DNA from: Nitrolancea sp.
Lineage (GTDB): Bacteria; Chloroflexota; Chloroflexia; Thermomicrobiales; Thermomicrobiaceae
Length of the DNA: 30,946 bases
Direction of reading: 5' to 3'
Assembly (NCBI GenBank): GCA_036381095.1
Contig: DASVDN010000019.1
Span: 1 to 30,946 of the forward strand
Shown here: positions 17,004-25,930 of the stretch, piece after piece
Numbering within the stretch: position 1 is the stretch's first letter
Layout: each line of letters opens with the position of its first letter
Notes under the pieces: generated by a model
Database searches by the model: none
Told to the model about the DNA's origin: nothing
The model's input: the letters and a program-made list of their open reading frames with translations, nothing else
Program-made: the position numbers and the translations under genes

Positions 17004-18010
17004 GAGTAGGAGATCCTTGGGTCGAGAATCAAATAGGAGATATCGACCAGCAGGTTCATGAAGACGTAGATGAACCCGATGATCAGCGTCACCGCCATGA
17101 TCGCGTTGTAGTCGAATTGCGTGACCCCGGTTATCGCGTATCGGCCGATACCGGGCCAGGAGAAGATGATCTCAACCAGAATATCGCCGGAGAGGAGCAC
17201 GCCGATCTGCATGCCGATAACCGTGACCGTCGGCAGCAAGGCGTTGCGCAGCGCGTGCCGCATCACCGTCGTGCGCTCACTGAGTCCTTTCGAGCGCGCC
17301 GTGCGGATGTAATCGAGCCCGAGCGTCTCCAGCATTCCGGCGCGGACCATACGCGTGATCACCGGCAGCACCCCGAAGCCGAGCACGAAGGCGGGCATGA
17401 CCAGATGCTCCAGCGCCGTCCAGAAGAGCGGTAAGTTGCCGGTGATGAGCGCGTCGATGGTGTAGAGATGCGTGATGGAACGCGGCGGCGCGGTATTTAT
17501 CGGCAGCCGCTGGCCATCGGGCAGCCAGCCCAGCCTGGCGAAGAAGAGGAACTGGCACATGAGCGCCAGCCAGAAGACTGGGATCGCCAGACCCGAAACG
17601 GAGATGATGCGGCCCACGTAGTCGATGAGCGTGTTCGGTTTCAGCGCCGACACGATGCCGAGCGGAATGCCGGCCACGATCGAAAAGAGCAGTGCCGTCA
17701 GTGAGAGTTCGACGGTCGCCGGAAGGTAGCGCCCCAGGTCGGTTCGCACCGGCCGTAACGTCGAGAGCGACGTGCCGAAGTCAAGGGTGAAGATCCCCTT
17801 CATGTACTTTACGTACTGGACATAGACCGGCTGGTCAAGGCCGTACTGGTGGCGGATAAGCTTCACCGTGTCGGCGCTGGCGCGCGGCCCGGCAATGAGC
17901 CGAGCCGGATCGGCCGGCACGATGTGTGACAACGTGAACGTGATGATCGACAGTCCGATGAGCACGAAGATCACCGAGATCAAACGCTTCACCAGCAACT
18001 GTGCGAGCAT
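17000..18010 (-). CDS. ABC module 3 permease (DppB family, DdpB-like)
   Basis: SHIVPADPARLIAGPRAS, GLDQPVYVQY, PATVEL, LYTIDALITGN insert typical of DppB/DdpB, DYIRTARSKGL. Confidence 0.93.
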   Translation of the reverse strand: MLAQLLVKRLISVIFVLIGLSIITFTLSHIVPADPARLIAGPRASADTVKLIRHQYGLDQPVYVQYVKYMKGIFTLDFGTSLSTLRPVRTDLGRYLPATVELSLTALLFSIVAGIPLGIVSALKPNTLIDYVGRIISVSGLAIPVFWLALMCQFLFFARLGWLPDGQRLPINTAPPRSITHLYTIDALITGNLPLFWTALEHLVMPAFVLGFGVLPVITRMVRAGMLETLGLDYIRTARSKGLSERTTVMRHALRNALLPTVTVIGMQIGVLLSGDILVEIIFSWPGIGRYAITGVTQFDYNAIMAVTLIIGFIYVFMNLLVDISYLILDPRISYS

Positions 18011-18033
18011 GGCTCGACCTCACCTTCTTTCGT

Positions 18034-18076
18034 CTCCGGGTTCACGATGCGCCCGCGCGCGGTCGCGAACCCGGAG
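18034..18076. other. Intercistronic stem-loop after the module 3 binding-protein gene
   Basis: Perfect 10-bp arms CTCCGGGTTC / GAACCCGGAG enclosing a further GC-rich stem. Confidence 0.6.
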
Positions 18077-18100
18077 CTGTTCGGTTGGTCGCTCTCCGAT

Positions 18101-19924
18101 CTACTTCACCTTGTACATGTTGTAGAAGTAGTATGAGTTCAGATAGATCGGGTTCCACTCGAACCCACGGACCTTCGCGTTCATGACCGTGTACCACTGA
18201 ATCGTGCCCCAGAAGATCGCGGGCGGGTCGAGTTCGGTCATGATGTTCTGGGCTTCGGCCAGCAGCTTGTTATAGTCCGCGTCCGAGACGCCTGGCGCGA
18301 CCGTCTCGAGGATCTGGTCGAGCCGCGGATTGTTGTAATAGCCGACGTTTGACCCAGCGCTCCCCGCCGACTTGGAGTAGAAGTTCGGGTAGATCTCGTT
18401 GTAGCCATCGTTGTAGTCCGGCCACCAACCCCAGTCACCGAAGATGTCGGGGCGCTGGGCCGGCGGGGAATCGCCGTAGGCCAGGTTCGTTTCGGCCGAG
18501 CGCTCGACTTCGCGAATATCCAGGTCGAAGCCGATCTGCTGCAAATTCGCCTGCATCAACGTCGCGACCGACTTGGTTCCGTCGTCGCCGGAGGCAAGCA
18601 TCCAGCTGAATTTTTCACCCGGCTTGAACTGCTTGCTGATCAGTTGCTTCGCCTTGTCGAGGTCGGTCTTGTAGATAAAGACGTTCTTGTCGTAGCCACG
18701 CGTCGTCGGTGTCAGCGGGCCGTTGGTTTCTGTGACCAGTCCCTTATACACGCCGTTGCGCACATCATCATAGGGGAAGGCATAGCAAAAGCCCTTGCGA
18801 ACGTCCGGATCTTTCAAGCGATCACCGGCGTTCAAGGTCGACCAGTTGACATTGGTCGAGGGGTAGGCGATCACCTGGAGCGCTTTGTTCTGCTTCAGCT
18901 CGTCGACCGCCTTCGGTGTCAGGGCGTTGGTCAGCGCATCGACGGAGCCGCCGACGATCAACTGCTGGCGGGTCGCCGTGTCTTCAACGACGCGGAAGAT
19001 GATTTGGTCGAAGTGGTTACCATCCCAGCCGCGGTAATAGTCCTTGAACTGCTTGAGCACGATTTGCTCTTGCGGGTTCACCTGATCGGCGATGTAGGGG
19101 CCGGTGCCGACCATATTCTGGATAAACCATTGATGCGCCCAAGGGTCTTGATCGGTCTTGTGCTTGTCGACCGCGTCGGGGCTCACGATGAACGGGCCAT
19201 ACTCCGAGGCGACCGCCGCCTCGAAGATCGGGTTTGCGGTCTTGAGCTTGAACTTGACGGTCTTGGCATCCGGCGCGGTGATGTCGGTATCCGGATTGTC
19301 GACGAAGCGGCCGATCACGTCGTGCGGGCCGAGCCCCATCTTGAGCATGCGCTGAAACGATTTGACGACAGCCGCGGCATCACAGACTGTCCCGTCGTGG
19401 AACTTGATGTTGTCAAAGAGCGTAAAGGTCCACTCGGTACCATCTGAACTCGGCCCCCACTCTTTGGCCAGCATTGGCTGATATTCAAACGTACTGTTTC
19501 CTTTGAGCATAATCAGCATCTCGTAGACGCCGAAGAAGACACAGCTGGCCTGGTTATCGTAAGCGGATTGCGGATCGAGATCGGCAGTCGCTCCCGGGAA
19601 GACGATGGTGAACGTCCCACCATTTACCGGCGTACCACCGGTTGGCGCGTTCGATGTCGCTCCGCTGGAGGCTGCAGGTGACGCCGATGCACTTGTCGCT
19701 GCAGTTGTCGACGACGAGGACGAGCCGGACGCGGCGGTTGAGCTGGAACCGCTTTGCGTCGTCGCGGTAGAAGACGATCCCTTGCCGCAAGCGGCAAGAA
19801 CCCAGCCGATCGTTGAGAACGAAAGGCCGAGAGCGAGACCGCGCGTAATGATGTCCCGACGCGACAGTCGATGAGACATCGCGTCGGCAATGAGCCGAAC
19901 CGCTCGGATATCGTTGTCCGGCAT
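18101..19924 (-). CDS. ABC module 3 solute-binding protein (family 5, DdpA-like), Tat lipoprotein
   Basis: SRRDII twin-Arg, VLAAC lipobox, Ser/Thr linker. Segments SFQRMLKMGLGP, APDAKTVKF, QNMVGTGP and VRGFEWNP resemble E. coli DdpA as recalled. RBS AAGGAGAG before ATG 19924; the ORF track starts at 19969. Confidence 0.9.
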   Translation of the reverse strand: MPDNDIRAVRLIADAMSHRLSRRDIITRGLALGLSFSTIGWVLAACGKGSSSTATTQSGSSSTAASGSSSSSTTAATSASASPAASSGATSNAPTGGTPVNGGTFTIVFPGATADLDPQSAYDNQASCVFFGVYEMLIMLKGNSTFEYQPMLAKEWGPSSDGTEWTFTLFDNIKFHDGTVCDAAAVVKSFQRMLKMGLGPHDVIGRFVDNPDTDITAPDAKTVKFKLKTANPIFEAAVASEYGPFIVSPDAVDKHKTDQDPWAHQWFIQNMVGTGPYIADQVNPQEQIVLKQFKDYYRGWDGNHFDQIIFRVVEDTATRQQLIVGGSVDALTNALTPKAVDELKQNKALQVIAYPSTNVNWSTLNAGDRLKDPDVRKGFCYAFPYDDVRNGVYKGLVTETNGPLTPTTRGYDKNVFIYKTDLDKAKQLISKQFKPGEKFSWMLASGDDGTKSVATLMQANLQQIGFDLDIREVERSAETNLAYGDSPPAQRPDIFGDWGWWPDYNDGYNEIYPNFYSKSAGSAGSNVGYYNNPRLDQILETVAPGVSDADYNKLLAEAQNIMTELDPPAIFWGTIQWYTVMNAKVRGFEWNPIYLNSYYFYNMYKVK

Positions 19925-19940
19925 GGATGCGCTCTCCTTG

Positions 19941-19955
19941 CTGCCGAATCGGCAG
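19941..19955. promoter_or_regulatory. 7-1-7 palindrome CTGCCGA-A-TCGGCAG (near-copies at 20149-20163 and 15863-15877)
   Basis: Direct reading of three copies sharing the core TGCCGAWTCGGC in the upstream regions of modules 2 and 3. Confidence 0.5.
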
Positions 19956-20040
19956 ATGCAGAACCACAATTGTCCAGGACATAAACGAGTTGAATCGGCG
20001 CAACGCCGATTCCGTTTCTCTTAATTCGTATTCTGCTTGA

Positions 20041-20070
20041 ACGTTACTTTCCCCGCCCCTCGCTTGTCAA
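20041..20070 (-). promoter_or_regulatory. Putative sigma70-type promoter for ABC module 3
   Basis: Minus-strand TTGACA-N18-TAACGT. Confidence 0.5.
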
Positions 20071-20480
20071 GATACTTCGTACACTGTTCGTTCCGATACT
20101 GCCACCAGCCGTGCTTTTCGCGTTTCCGGTTATCGAGCTGGCGAGTAATTGCCGAATCGGCAGCTACTCGTCCAGTTTAACGCCTATCACGACAGCAATT
20201 TGAAAATCGCCTGCTCAATTCTGTGACCAATCTGCGATCGTATAAAGCGCGAAATGACCGCGAGCAGCGCCGTGGCCGGGGATAATGTTCGAAACGATGA
20301 AACCGCCCTCGGTTTATTCGCATCAGACCGTCAATCGGCCGAAAATTGCGCGTCGTAGGGGTTGATTTGGCCGTTCAGGGTCGTGTTAGTATGTGTGAAG
20401 CGGCAACGTGTAATCGAGGGCGCGGCTCTGTCGATATCGACGTTGCTCACGGACAGGGCGTTTGACAAAGGAGGGTTCTC

Positions 20481-21866
20481 ATGGGTGACGTCGCGAAGAC
20501 CTCGGCTGCGACCCCGATGCTCGAACAAGAGGCGCTCGATCACGTATGGATCCATACGACCGAATGGATCCGCCTGGCAGAACAGGACGGGCTTCACGTC
20601 TTCGATCATGCCCATGGCAGCACGCTGGTCGACATTCACGGCAACGAATATCTTGATGGGATCTCGGGCCTCTGGGTTGTCAACGCCGGCCACGGACGAC
20701 AGGAGATCGGCGACGCGATGGCCGAGCAGGCCGGCAAGCTCGCCTATGCCTCCAGTGCGTCATATACCACCGTCCCGGCCGTCCAGCTGGCGAACAAGCT
20801 CGCCTCGATTCTTCCGGGCGACCTGAATCGAATCTATTTCTGCTCCGGCGGCTCCGAAGCGGTCGAGAGCGCTATCAAGATCGCCAAGCAGGTGCAGGCG
20901 ATGCGTGGCTTCCCCAAGCGCTACAAAGTCATCGCACGTCGTGGTAGCTACCACGGTATGACGATGGGCGCGCTCAGCCTCACCGCCAGCCGCAACGAAA
21001 CGTACTTCGGTCCGTTCGTCTACGGTGTCTATCACACACCCTCGCCGAATCACTATCGCAACGACTTCGGACTCGAAGGCGAAGCGGGCGATATCATGTG
21101 CGCCAATTATGTCGAGCAAGAGATCATCAACCAGGGGCCGGAAACGGTCGCGGCCGTCATCGGTGAGCCGATCTCATCAGCCAACGGTCTGCACGTGCCG
21201 TCGCCGAAATACTGGCAGCGGCTGCGCGAGATCTGCGACAAGCATGGCGTGCTCCTGATCATGGACGAAGTGATCAACGGCTTCGGCCGCACCGGCAAGA
21301 TGTTCGCGACCGAGCATTTCGGCATGCAGCCCGACATGATGACGATGGCGAAGGGTCTTTCGTCGGGCTACGCACCAATCGCCGGCGTCGCGGTCAGCGA
21401 TCGGGTTTTCGACGTCTTCAAGGACAAGAAGGAAGTGGCGCTCGGTCACCTGCTCACCTTCGGTGGTCAGGCTGTGGCCTGCGCTGCCGCACTCAAGAAC
21501 CTCGAGATCTTCGAGCGCGAAGGTCTGGTGCAGCAGAGCGCCGAGAAGGGCGACTACCTCTTCGAGCGGCTTGAAGGACTGCGCAGCCATCCGACCGTCG
21601 GCGACGTGCGCGGCCTCGGACTCTTCTGTGCCGTCGAGCTCGTGCAGAACAAAGCCACCAAGGCCAAGTGGACCAAGGAATCCGGCTTCACCAGCAAGGT
21701 CGACGAGCGGATCAATAAGAAGGGGATGCTCACGCGCACCTGGGACGTGCTGCATGTCGCCCCGCCGCTCACGACCAGCAAAGAGGAACTCGATCGGATC
21801 GTCCAGATCATCGACGAGAGCCTCAGCGAGACGGAATCGGATTTCGCCGACCAGGTCGGCAAGTAG
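20481..21866 (+). CDS. Class III PLP-dependent (omega-amine) aminotransferase
   Basis: YLDGISGLWVVNAGHG, SGGSEAVESA, SYHG, MDEVINGFGRTG, PLP lysine in MAKGLSSGY, TFGG, GDVRGLGL. RBS AAAGGAGGG. Confidence 0.93.
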   Translation: MGDVAKTSAATPMLEQEALDHVWIHTTEWIRLAEQDGLHVFDHAHGSTLVDIHGNEYLDGISGLWVVNAGHGRQEIGDAMAEQAGKLAYASSASYTTVPAVQLANKLASILPGDLNRIYFCSGGSEAVESAIKIAKQVQAMRGFPKRYKVIARRGSYHGMTMGALSLTASRNETYFGPFVYGVYHTPSPNHYRNDFGLEGEAGDIMCANYVEQEIINQGPETVAAVIGEPISSANGLHVPSPKYWQRLREICDKHGVLLIMDEVINGFGRTGKMFATEHFGMQPDMMTMAKGLSSGYAPIAGVAVSDRVFDVFKDKKEVALGHLLTFGGQAVACAAALKNLEIFEREGLVQQSAEKGDYLFERLEGLRSHPTVGDVRGLGLFCAVELVQNKATKAKWTKESGFTSKVDERINKKGMLTRTWDVLHVAPPLTTSKEELDRIVQIIDESLSETESDFADQVGK

Positions 21867-21893
21867 CCGAACGACCCGGTCTCACGTCGAAAT

Positions 21894-21930
21894 GAGGGTG
21901 GAGCCAACTGGCTTCGCCCTCTCTTGCTTG
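21894..21930 (+). terminator. Putative intrinsic terminator of the aminotransferase gene
   Basis: 12-bp stem GAGGGTGGAGCC-aact-GGCTTCGCCCTC (two G-U pairs) followed by TCTTGCTT. An imperfect second copy lies at 21953-21978. Confidence 0.55.
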
Positions 21931-22072
21931 CCACGGACTCGGCCGCGGTTAAGAGGGACGAAGCTAATCGGCTTCGCCAGTCCCGCCCATCGAACCGCGC
22001 TCGTGATACTACGATCCCGGTGCTATACGGCATACGTGATTGAACGAGGATGGGACGGGGGAGGAGGCGACG

Positions 22073-22807
22073 ATGGACGTCGGTTCGGATCGAATTTTCA
22101 ATGTCGTCACCGAGAACGTCGAAATCGCGCGCACTAAGCCCGGCCAGGCACCGCTCCTCGCCTATCTCGCGCATCCAACCGGTGAGGAGCGCCGCCCGGC
22201 TGTCATCATCATCCATGAGATTTTCGGCCTGAACGACAACATTCGCGAGATCGCTCGCCGCTTTGCCGCGGAGGGTTACGCTGCCCTGGCCGTCGATCTC
22301 TTCTCCGGAGGTGATAACCGGAGACTCTGCATCATTCGCGTCATGTCCGCGCTCGCACTCCGGCCCCTGAAGAGCCGCGCAATTGGAGATTTACGCCGGG
22401 CGATCGACTGGATACAGCTGCGCCCGGAGGTTGACGCCGGTCGGATCGGCGCGATCGGCTTTTGCTTTGGTGGTGGTTACGCGCTCGCGCTGGCCTGTAT
22501 CGAGCCTGACCTGGGCGCGTCCTCCGTCTTCTACGGTACAAACATCCGGTTGCTAAGATCCGTCGCTCGCGCCTGCCCAATCGTCGGCTCCTACCCCGGC
22601 AACGACTTCACCGCGCGCTCCGGACGAAGACTGGACATCGCTCTCGGCCGCTACGACATACCTCACGACATCAAGATCTACCCGGGAACTCGGCATGCCT
22701 TCTTCAACAACACGCTGGAAAGCTACGACCCGGATTCCGCTGCCGATTCCTGGCAACGCACGCTCACCTTCTTCGCGGAATATCTGGGGCAGGCTGGTGT
22801 AGCGTAA
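22073..22807 (+). CDS. Dienelactone hydrolase family protein (alpha/beta hydrolase, Cys nucleophile)
   Basis: IHEIFGLN, GFCFGG nucleophile elbow, GND, HAFFN. RBS GAGGAGG before ATG 22073; the ORF track starts at 22040. Confidence 0.9.
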   Translation: MDVGSDRIFNVVTENVEIARTKPGQAPLLAYLAHPTGEERRPAVIIIHEIFGLNDNIREIARRFAAEGYAALAVDLFSGGDNRRLCIIRVMSALALRPLKSRAIGDLRRAIDWIQLRPEVDAGRIGAIGFCFGGGYALALACIEPDLGASSVFYGTNIRLLRSVARACPIVGSYPGNDFTARSGRRLDIALGRYDIPHDIKIYPGTRHAFFNNTLESYDPDSAADSWQRTLTFFAEYLGQAGVA

Positions 22808-22830
22808 CGGGCAGCGCTCCCGGCTGGCAA

Positions 22831-24552
22831 CTACTGAAACTCTCGCCAGGTCGGCACTCGTGGATCGTTCGGAGCCAGCCAACCACGGCGCTGCAGCGCA
22901 GAGGCGGTCAGACGACCAACCTCGACCTCGTACGGAGTGCCTGCAAACTCGGGGTGGTATTCGAGGCGAGCACGCTCGAAGTACTGCACGGTATTGATCT
23001 GGCCGGTATCCGGATTACGCTCCTGGAACTCCTCGCTAATCGGATAGCCGAACGCGGCTAGCCCGCCATGCTGCTGCCAGAAGGTGCGAAAACCGTAGGC
23101 AAGCGAGTGGCCCGTCTCACTGAAACAGTCACGGTCCGGCGACGGATGGCATTCAGACAGTGGTCGGAACGGGAGTTCGTCCTGTCGCCCGCTGGTCGAC
23201 TCTCGTCCAACCAGCGTTCCCTCGACCTCAAAGGACGTTCCTTCGAATTCGGGGTGGCACTCAAGGCTGCCGCGCTCGAAGTCCTGCACGAGTAACCATT
23301 GTCCCTGTTGATCTTGCCGGGTGTATGGCCGGGTCAACGGATAGCCAAGGACCGCAAGCTCTCCACGCTCTCGCCAGGCGCTCAAGAAGCGACCGGAGAG
23401 CGTGTGCCCGGTCTGCGGGAACGATAGAATGCCGGGTTCGGTCGGCACGCTGGGCAATCCGTCGCGTGGATAGTTCTTGAAGGCATTGTAGTAGACGGGT
23501 TTGGGCGCGAAACGCGTCGTGGGCGTCAGCTCACGCTTTCCCGAAGCGTCGGGGACGATTTCCATCAGTCCAAAGCTATGGACGGGATCGCTGGACCAGT
23601 CGTGGAGCATGTGCAGGTGGGCGAAGGCGATGTACGGCTGCTGCCGCATCCAGTCGAGCGATTGAACGAGGTTACGAGCATCAGTCGCCGGATCATTGCT
23701 CCAGCCGTACTCGGTGATCCAGAGCTTCATGTTTGGGAAGCCGCGGTCGATCGCGAGTTGATGCAATTCCTCGATACGATCGAAACGAATTGGCATGATC
23801 TGCCCGTCGGATCCGGTGGCCTGATCGAGGTTGTATGGGTGGTAGGCGATCGCGTCCCAGGGCTGATGCCCAACCCCATACCATTCGTCGCTCAAATTCC
23901 AAAGCCAGCCAATATATGGCGTACCGGAGAGGCTGGAGATCGCGACCTGGATCTCGGGGTTGAGTCGGTGGGCGATATCGTAAAAGGTTCGCAGGTTCCG
24001 CAGGTAGGTATCACCTCCGAGGTAAGCCCAGATATCCGGCTCATTCCAGAATTCCCAGTAGCGAATCCAGGAATAGCGAGTCAGCGCAGCTTCCGCCGCC
24101 CGCGTGTAGGCACCCTGCATGTCGTCTCGTAGTTTGCAGGTAGTCACCTCCTCCCCGCTTCCCTGCCCACAGTGCTCCGGATCAGTGGAGGCCCAGGCCG
24201 GAATCGTATTGAAGTCAGCGACGATGATGATGTGACGTTTGGCCAGTTCACTAAAGACACGGTCGTAGAGCGACCAGTCGTAGGTTCCCTGCACCGGTTC
24301 AAAGAGCTTCCAGTCGATGCTCAGGCGGACTGTCGTCACGCGCAGTTCGTCGAGCGCAGGGTAAAGTTGGTCACCGTAGGGATCGAGAAACCAGGCGTGC
24401 GCCGCGATGCCGAAGAGGTTCGGGTTACCGCTCGTCGGCGTTTGCGCTGCGATCGGTTTGGGTATGGACAGAGCCCAGGCAAGCGACACGAGGATGGCCA
24501 CCAACAACCGGAACGTCATATTCAGTGATGCCGAGACTTTGACCCCGAGCAT
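22831..24552 (-). CDS. Secreted clan GH-A glycoside hydrolase (GH5/GH39-like) with two C-terminal Chloroflexota-type repeats
   Basis: Sec-type signal (..PKPIAA/QTP), VRLSIDW..FEP..G.YDW, acid/base WEFWNEP, AIAYHPY, nucleophile WITEYGW. Two repeats: FPQTGHTL..GYPL..QDFERGSLECHPE and FSETGHSL..GYPIS..QYFERARLEYHPE. Confidence 0.82.
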   Translation of the reverse strand: MLGVKVSASLNMTFRLLVAILVSLAWALSIPKPIAAQTPTSGNPNLFGIAAHAWFLDPYGDQLYPALDELRVTTVRLSIDWKLFEPVQGTYDWSLYDRVFSELAKRHIIIVADFNTIPAWASTDPEHCGQGSGEEVTTCKLRDDMQGAYTRAAEAALTRYSWIRYWEFWNEPDIWAYLGGDTYLRNLRTFYDIAHRLNPEIQVAISSLSGTPYIGWLWNLSDEWYGVGHQPWDAIAYHPYNLDQATGSDGQIMPIRFDRIEELHQLAIDRGFPNMKLWITEYGWSNDPATDARNLVQSLDWMRQQPYIAFAHLHMLHDWSSDPVHSFGLMEIVPDASGKRELTPTTRFAPKPVYYNAFKNYPRDGLPSVPTEPGILSFPQTGHTLSGRFLSAWRERGELAVLGYPLTRPYTRQDQQGQWLLVQDFERGSLECHPEFEGTSFEVEGTLVGRESTSGRQDELPFRPLSECHPSPDRDCFSETGHSLAYGFRTFWQQHGGLAAFGYPISEEFQERNPDTGQINTVQYFERARLEYHPEFAGTPYEVEVGRLTASALQRRGWLAPNDPRVPTWREFQ

Positions 24553-24982
24553 CGAGGTTTCCTCATCCTCGCAGCCGGCGAGGCATAGACAAGGGGGTCA
24601 CACCTTAGCGCGCATATGCGATGTGTGGCGCAACCTCCAGGGATTATGGCCATCTTCCCACGCGCTGCGACAGCATGTGCCGGAGGGGCTATCGATGGCA
24701 TCGGCGGATACGCCCTCCTATTGAATTAACGCCCATCCAGCGCTGACGGATACGAATTCCTCCAACAGGTAACGACCGAACCATCATCACAGAAACGAGA
24801 GCGCGTCGTAGAGCGTTGTCGAATGGGGGAGATGCGGAAGGTGATGAATTCGCGACAGCGGTGTGGATCAGGCGTCGCGGACATGAGGGGAGGGCGGTTC
24901 ACCGATCAATTCGTTCAGAAAAATAAGGGGTAGCGGTGCATGGTCTGACGACGCTTGTATGTACCGCTTTTGGCGAACGGCA

Positions 24983-25909
24983 CTAGCGACCCCATGCGCG
25001 TGGATCGAGGGCGTCGCGCAGGCCATCGCCGACAAAATTGAAGGCGAGCACCGTCAGGGCGATGAACAGACCGGGGTAGAAGCCGATCCACCACGCCTGG
25101 TTGTCTCGCATCTGGACGAACGCGATCTGCAGCATGTTACCCCAGGATGCGGTCGGAGGCTGGATCCCGAAGCCGAGGAATGAGAGCGTCGATTCCGTCA
25201 GAATCGCGGCCGGGATACTGAGCGTGGCTGCGACGATGATCGGACTGATCGCATTCGGCAGCAGGTGCCGGAAGATGATCGACGGCTTCGAGGCGCCGAT
25301 CGCTCGCGCCGCAATGGCAAAGTCGCGCGTCCGCAGCGTGAGAAACTCTCCCCGCACCAACCGGGAGACGTTCATCCAGCCGATCACACCGATGATGATG
25401 GCGATCACGGTCGCCGACGGGCGTTTGAACCCGACGAGCATCCCCATCAGGAAGAGGAGCGGCGGAAAGGCGAGCAGCATATCGGCCAGGCGCATGATCA
25501 GCATGTCGGTCCAGCGGCCGGCATAGCCAGCGACCGCACCGAGCACCGTCCCAACGCCGATCGCCACGCCAGTCGCCAGGAAACCGACTGTCAGCGAGAC
25601 GCGCGAACCGACAATAAGCCGCGACATCCAGTCCCGCCCGAGTTGGTCCGTACCCATCGGATGTTCGATGCTCGGTCCGGCCGGTCGACCGAATTTCGCC
25701 AGCGTCAGGTTCGTCGCATCCGGGTCGTAGGGGGTAATCCAGGGCGCCAGGATCGCGACGGCGAAGAGGAGCGCGAGGAAAATCCCACTCGCGAAGGCCA
25801 GGCGGTGACGGCGAAAGCGTCGCCAGAACAGCGTGCGCGGGCTGGCAACCGTCGTGGTGCTTCCGCGCTCCCAGTTGGCGAGGTCGGCTCGTTGAACTTC
25901 GACACTCAT
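24983..25909 (-). CDS. ABC module 4 permease (DppC/OppC family)
   Basis: HPMGTDQLGRDWMSRL, TESTLSFLGFGIQPPTASWG, GDGLRDALDPR. Confidence 0.93.
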   Translation of the reverse strand: MSVEVQRADLANWERGSTTTVASPRTLFWRRFRRHRLAFASGIFLALLFAVAILAPWITPYDPDATNLTLAKFGRPAGPSIEHPMGTDQLGRDWMSRLIVGSRVSLTVGFLATGVAIGVGTVLGAVAGYAGRWTDMLIMRLADMLLAFPPLLFLMGMLVGFKRPSATVIAIIIGVIGWMNVSRLVRGEFLTLRTRDFAIAARAIGASKPSIIFRHLLPNAISPIIVAATLSIPAAILTESTLSFLGFGIQPPTASWGNMLQIAFVQMRDNQAWWIGFYPGLFIALTVLAFNFVGDGLRDALDPRAWGR

Positions 25910-25930
25910 CGCACGTGCCCCTCGTCCGGC

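Noticed and set aside
20139-20152. Sigma54-like TGGC...TTGC
   Set aside because: GG-to-GC spacing is 9 nt rather than the strict 10, and the TTGC is part of the TGCCGAATCGGCA palindrome.
20462-20467. TTGACA upstream of the aminotransferase
   Set aside because: It is only 13 nt from the ATG and abuts the RBS, leaving no room for a -10 box.
24522-24701. 59-aa minus-strand ORF (MPSIAPPAH...) after an AGGAGG
   Set aside because: The SD is 12 nt from the ATG, the ORF overlaps the glycoside hydrolase start out of frame, and it has no recognisable protein features.
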